From Candidatus Helarchaeota ASGARD archaeon Hel_GB_B (GTDB taxonomy: Archaea > Asgardarchaeota > Lokiarchaeia > Helarchaeales > HEL-GB-B): a stretch of 6,753 nucleotides of DNA. Where the stretch lies: assembly GCA_005191425.1 (NCBI GenBank), contig SUPR01000145.1, positions 1 to 6,753 on the forward strand, written 5' to 3'. Shown one piece after another: positions 5,320 through 6,753 of this stretch. How positions within the stretch are numbered: position 1 is the first letter of the stretch; each line of letters begins with the position of its first letter. Both the position numbers and the translations under genes were made by a program. Under the pieces are notes generated by a model. The model saw only the letters and a list, made by a program, of their open reading frames with translations. It had not been told where the DNA came from and did no database searches.

Positions 5320-6531
5320 ATGACTGAAGAAACTTTAAAACATATTAAAGAATTGGAAGATATGATTAGAAGTTGTAGCGGAATTGGGGACTGCAGGGAA
5401 GCTTATATGTATTCAGTTAATAGAATACAAGTATGTCCAATATATGAACATTCTCCAAAATTTGAAGTATATTCAGCGAGAGGTAGATTACGGATTTTAA
5501 TGAGTATATTAGATAGAAAATTAGATGTGTCTAAAAAATTAGCCGAAATATTTTATTTATGTACTACTTGCGGGAATTGTCATACAATATGCCATGGAAC
5601 ATATTCAGATAATATTGACTTATTTGTTCATAATTTTATTGATCATGTAAAAGTCTGGGAGGCATTTAGAGCTGACCTTTTTGAAATGGGACTTGCTATG
5701 CCAAGACATCTTGAACTAATGAATTCCATAAAAGAAAATAATAACCCTTATTTTGAGCCCCATAAAGACCGAATCAAATGGCTTGAAGGGCGTAAATTCC
5801 CAGAAACTGCAGAAAATGTATTTTTTATGGGTTGTACAGAACCTTATAGAATGCCCGAATTAATTAAAAAAATTATTAAAGTTTTTGATAAATGTGGTAT
5901 CGATTATACAATTGTTCACCCAAATGAAGTCTGTTGTGGGTCAATTGCTCTCAGAATTGGTGATATTAATACTGTTAAAGAACTTGCTAAAAAAAATATT
6001 GAAGCCTTCAAAAAAGCAGGAGCTAAGCGAATATTAATTCATTGTGCAGGATGTTTTAAGACTATTAAACAAAATTATCCAGAAATTTTAGGTGAAGAAC
6101 TTCCTTTTGAGGTGGTCCATGTTACAGAATATTTAGAACAATTACTAAAAGAAGGAAAAATCAAGCTTAATAAAAAGATTGAGGATAAAGTAACATATCA
6201 TGACCCCTGTCATATTGGCAGAGCAAGTAATATCTATGATCCACCGCGAAATTTAATAAAATCGATTCCAGACTTGGAATTTATAGAATTTGAGCGTAAT
6301 AGAGAGAATGCATGGTGCTGCGGAGCTGGCGGAGGTATGAAATCGGCTTTTCCAGAAAAGTCGGTTGAAATTGCAACTGATAGAATAAAAGAAGCTGAGA
6401 AAATAGGGGTAAATAAAATAGTATCTGCATGTCCTTTCTGTGAAATGAACTTATCTGATGCTACCAAAGAATCCGGAAGTAATATAAAAGTTATTGATAT
6501 TTTCGAGTTATTAGATGAATCTTTAGATTAG
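5320..6531 (+). CDS. Fe-S protein of the GlcF / HdrD / GlpC type: N-terminal ferredoxin-like domain plus two CCG domains
   Basis: N-terminal motifs C19-x2-I-x2-C25-x13-C39P and C81-x2-C84-x2-C87-x3-C91, with the linker YSARGR typical of this family. Two complete CCG motifs, counted by hand: C-x32-CC-x35-CAGC and (YHDP)C-x35-CC-x36-CPFC. No TM segment. Confidence 0.93.
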   Translation: MTEETLKHIKELEDMIRSCSGIGDCREAYMYSVNRIQVCPIYEHSPKFEVYSARGRLRILMSILDRKLDVSKKLAEIFYLCTTCGNCHTICHGTYSDNIDLFVHNFIDHVKVWEAFRADLFEMGLAMPRHLELMNSIKENNNPYFEPHKDRIKWLEGRKFPETAENVFFMGCTEPYRMPELIKKIIKVFDKCGIDYTIVHPNEVCCGSIALRIGDINTVKELAKKNIEAFKKAGAKRILIHCAGCFKTIKQNYPEILGEELPFEVVHVTEYLEQLLKEGKIKLNKKIEDKVTYHDPCHIGRASNIYDPPRNLIKSIPDLEFIEFERNRENAWCCGAGGGMKSAFPEKSVEIATDRIKEAEKIGVNKIVSACPFCEMNLSDATKESGSNIKVIDIFELLDESLD

Positions 6532-6546
6532 TTTTTTTATTTTTTT
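6532..6546 (+). terminator. Oligo-T terminator (T7-A-T7) of the FAD/CCG operon
   Basis: TTTTTTTATTTTTTT starts immediately after the TAG at 6529-6531, in the 39 nt gap before the convergent gene. Confidence 0.65.
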
Positions 6547-6570
6547 ATATTCATTTTAAATTTATACATT

Positions 6571-6753
6571 TTAAATTTCAATGTTAAATAGTATTCTAAC
6601 AAAATATCCTACAAAAAATGAAATTACAGCGATTCCTAAACTTATTAGTGCCATTTCTAAAAATCTTCTTGTAAATGAAAAATTTTGAGCAACTGATGTA
6701 TAATAGGTAAAAATGAGAATTAATATAATTCCAGAGATTAACGAAATACCAAG
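6571..6753 (-). CDS. C-terminal fragment of a VIT1/CCC1 family Fe/Mn transporter (5' part lies outside the window)
   Basis: Manual translation from the window edge gives LGISLISGIILILIFTYYTSVAQNFSFTRRFLEMALISLGIAVISFFVGYFVRILFNIEI* (stop at 6571-6573). The pattern TM - SVA...F-x-R-R-F-L-E-M-A-x-I-S-L-G-x-A-x-x-S-F-x-x-G matches the C-terminus I recognise from prokaryotic VIT1/CCC1 proteins. It is absent from the supplied ORF track. Confidence 0.8.
   Translation of the reverse strand, partial: LGISLISGIILILIFTYYTSVAQNFSFTRRFLEMALISLGIAVISFFVGYFVRILFNIEI

Noticed and set aside
6234-6467. 77 aa ORF on -
   Set aside because: Antisense shadow of the second CCG domain.
2881-6531. Selenocysteine recoding in the redox genes
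   Set aside because: There is no in-frame TGA at any Cys position. The TGA at 5311 follows a TAG stop and is part of the next gene's SD.
1-6753. tRNA, rRNA, CRISPR array, transposase or integrase
   Set aside because: No GC-rich structured non-coding stretch of suitable length, no regularly spaced repeats, no terminal inverted repeats with target duplication and no recombinase motifs were seen.

Overview
Very AT-rich window with seven protein-coding regions and three long low-GC spacers. I found no rRNA, tRNA, CRISPR array or mobile element. In order: a two-TM bacterial-type PH domain (bPH_2/YdbS-like) protein (-); an orphan ~91 aa protein with a C-x2-C-x4-C-x2-C cluster (-); a secreted beta-propeller protein with seven DxDxD-type Ca-loop (FG-GAP-like) repeats, 17 N-glycosylation sequons and a C-terminal anchor (+); a C-GCAxxG-C-C family putative redox protein (-); a divergent two-gene operon encoding a GlcD/D-LDH-fold FAD oxidoreductase and a GlcF/HdrD-like Fe-S protein with two complete CCG domains (+); and the 3' end of a VIT1/CCC1 family transporter (-) that the ORF track missed. 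Oligo-T terminators, GGTGAT-like ribosome-binding sites, TATA-like boxes and dense sequons suggest an archaeon, possibly Asgard (inference, not shown). The two best leads are (1) a minimal integrin-propeller-like surface glycoprotein with a glycine-zipper TM and a KKxx C-terminus, and (2) a non-canonical flavin/Fe-S redox module. In that module the flavoprotein lacks the 2-hydroxyacid dehydrogenase metal ligands, its partner has a probable [3Fe-4S] site, and a Cys-rich small protein is divergently encoded next to it. All family calls come from recognising motifs by eye; no searches were run.
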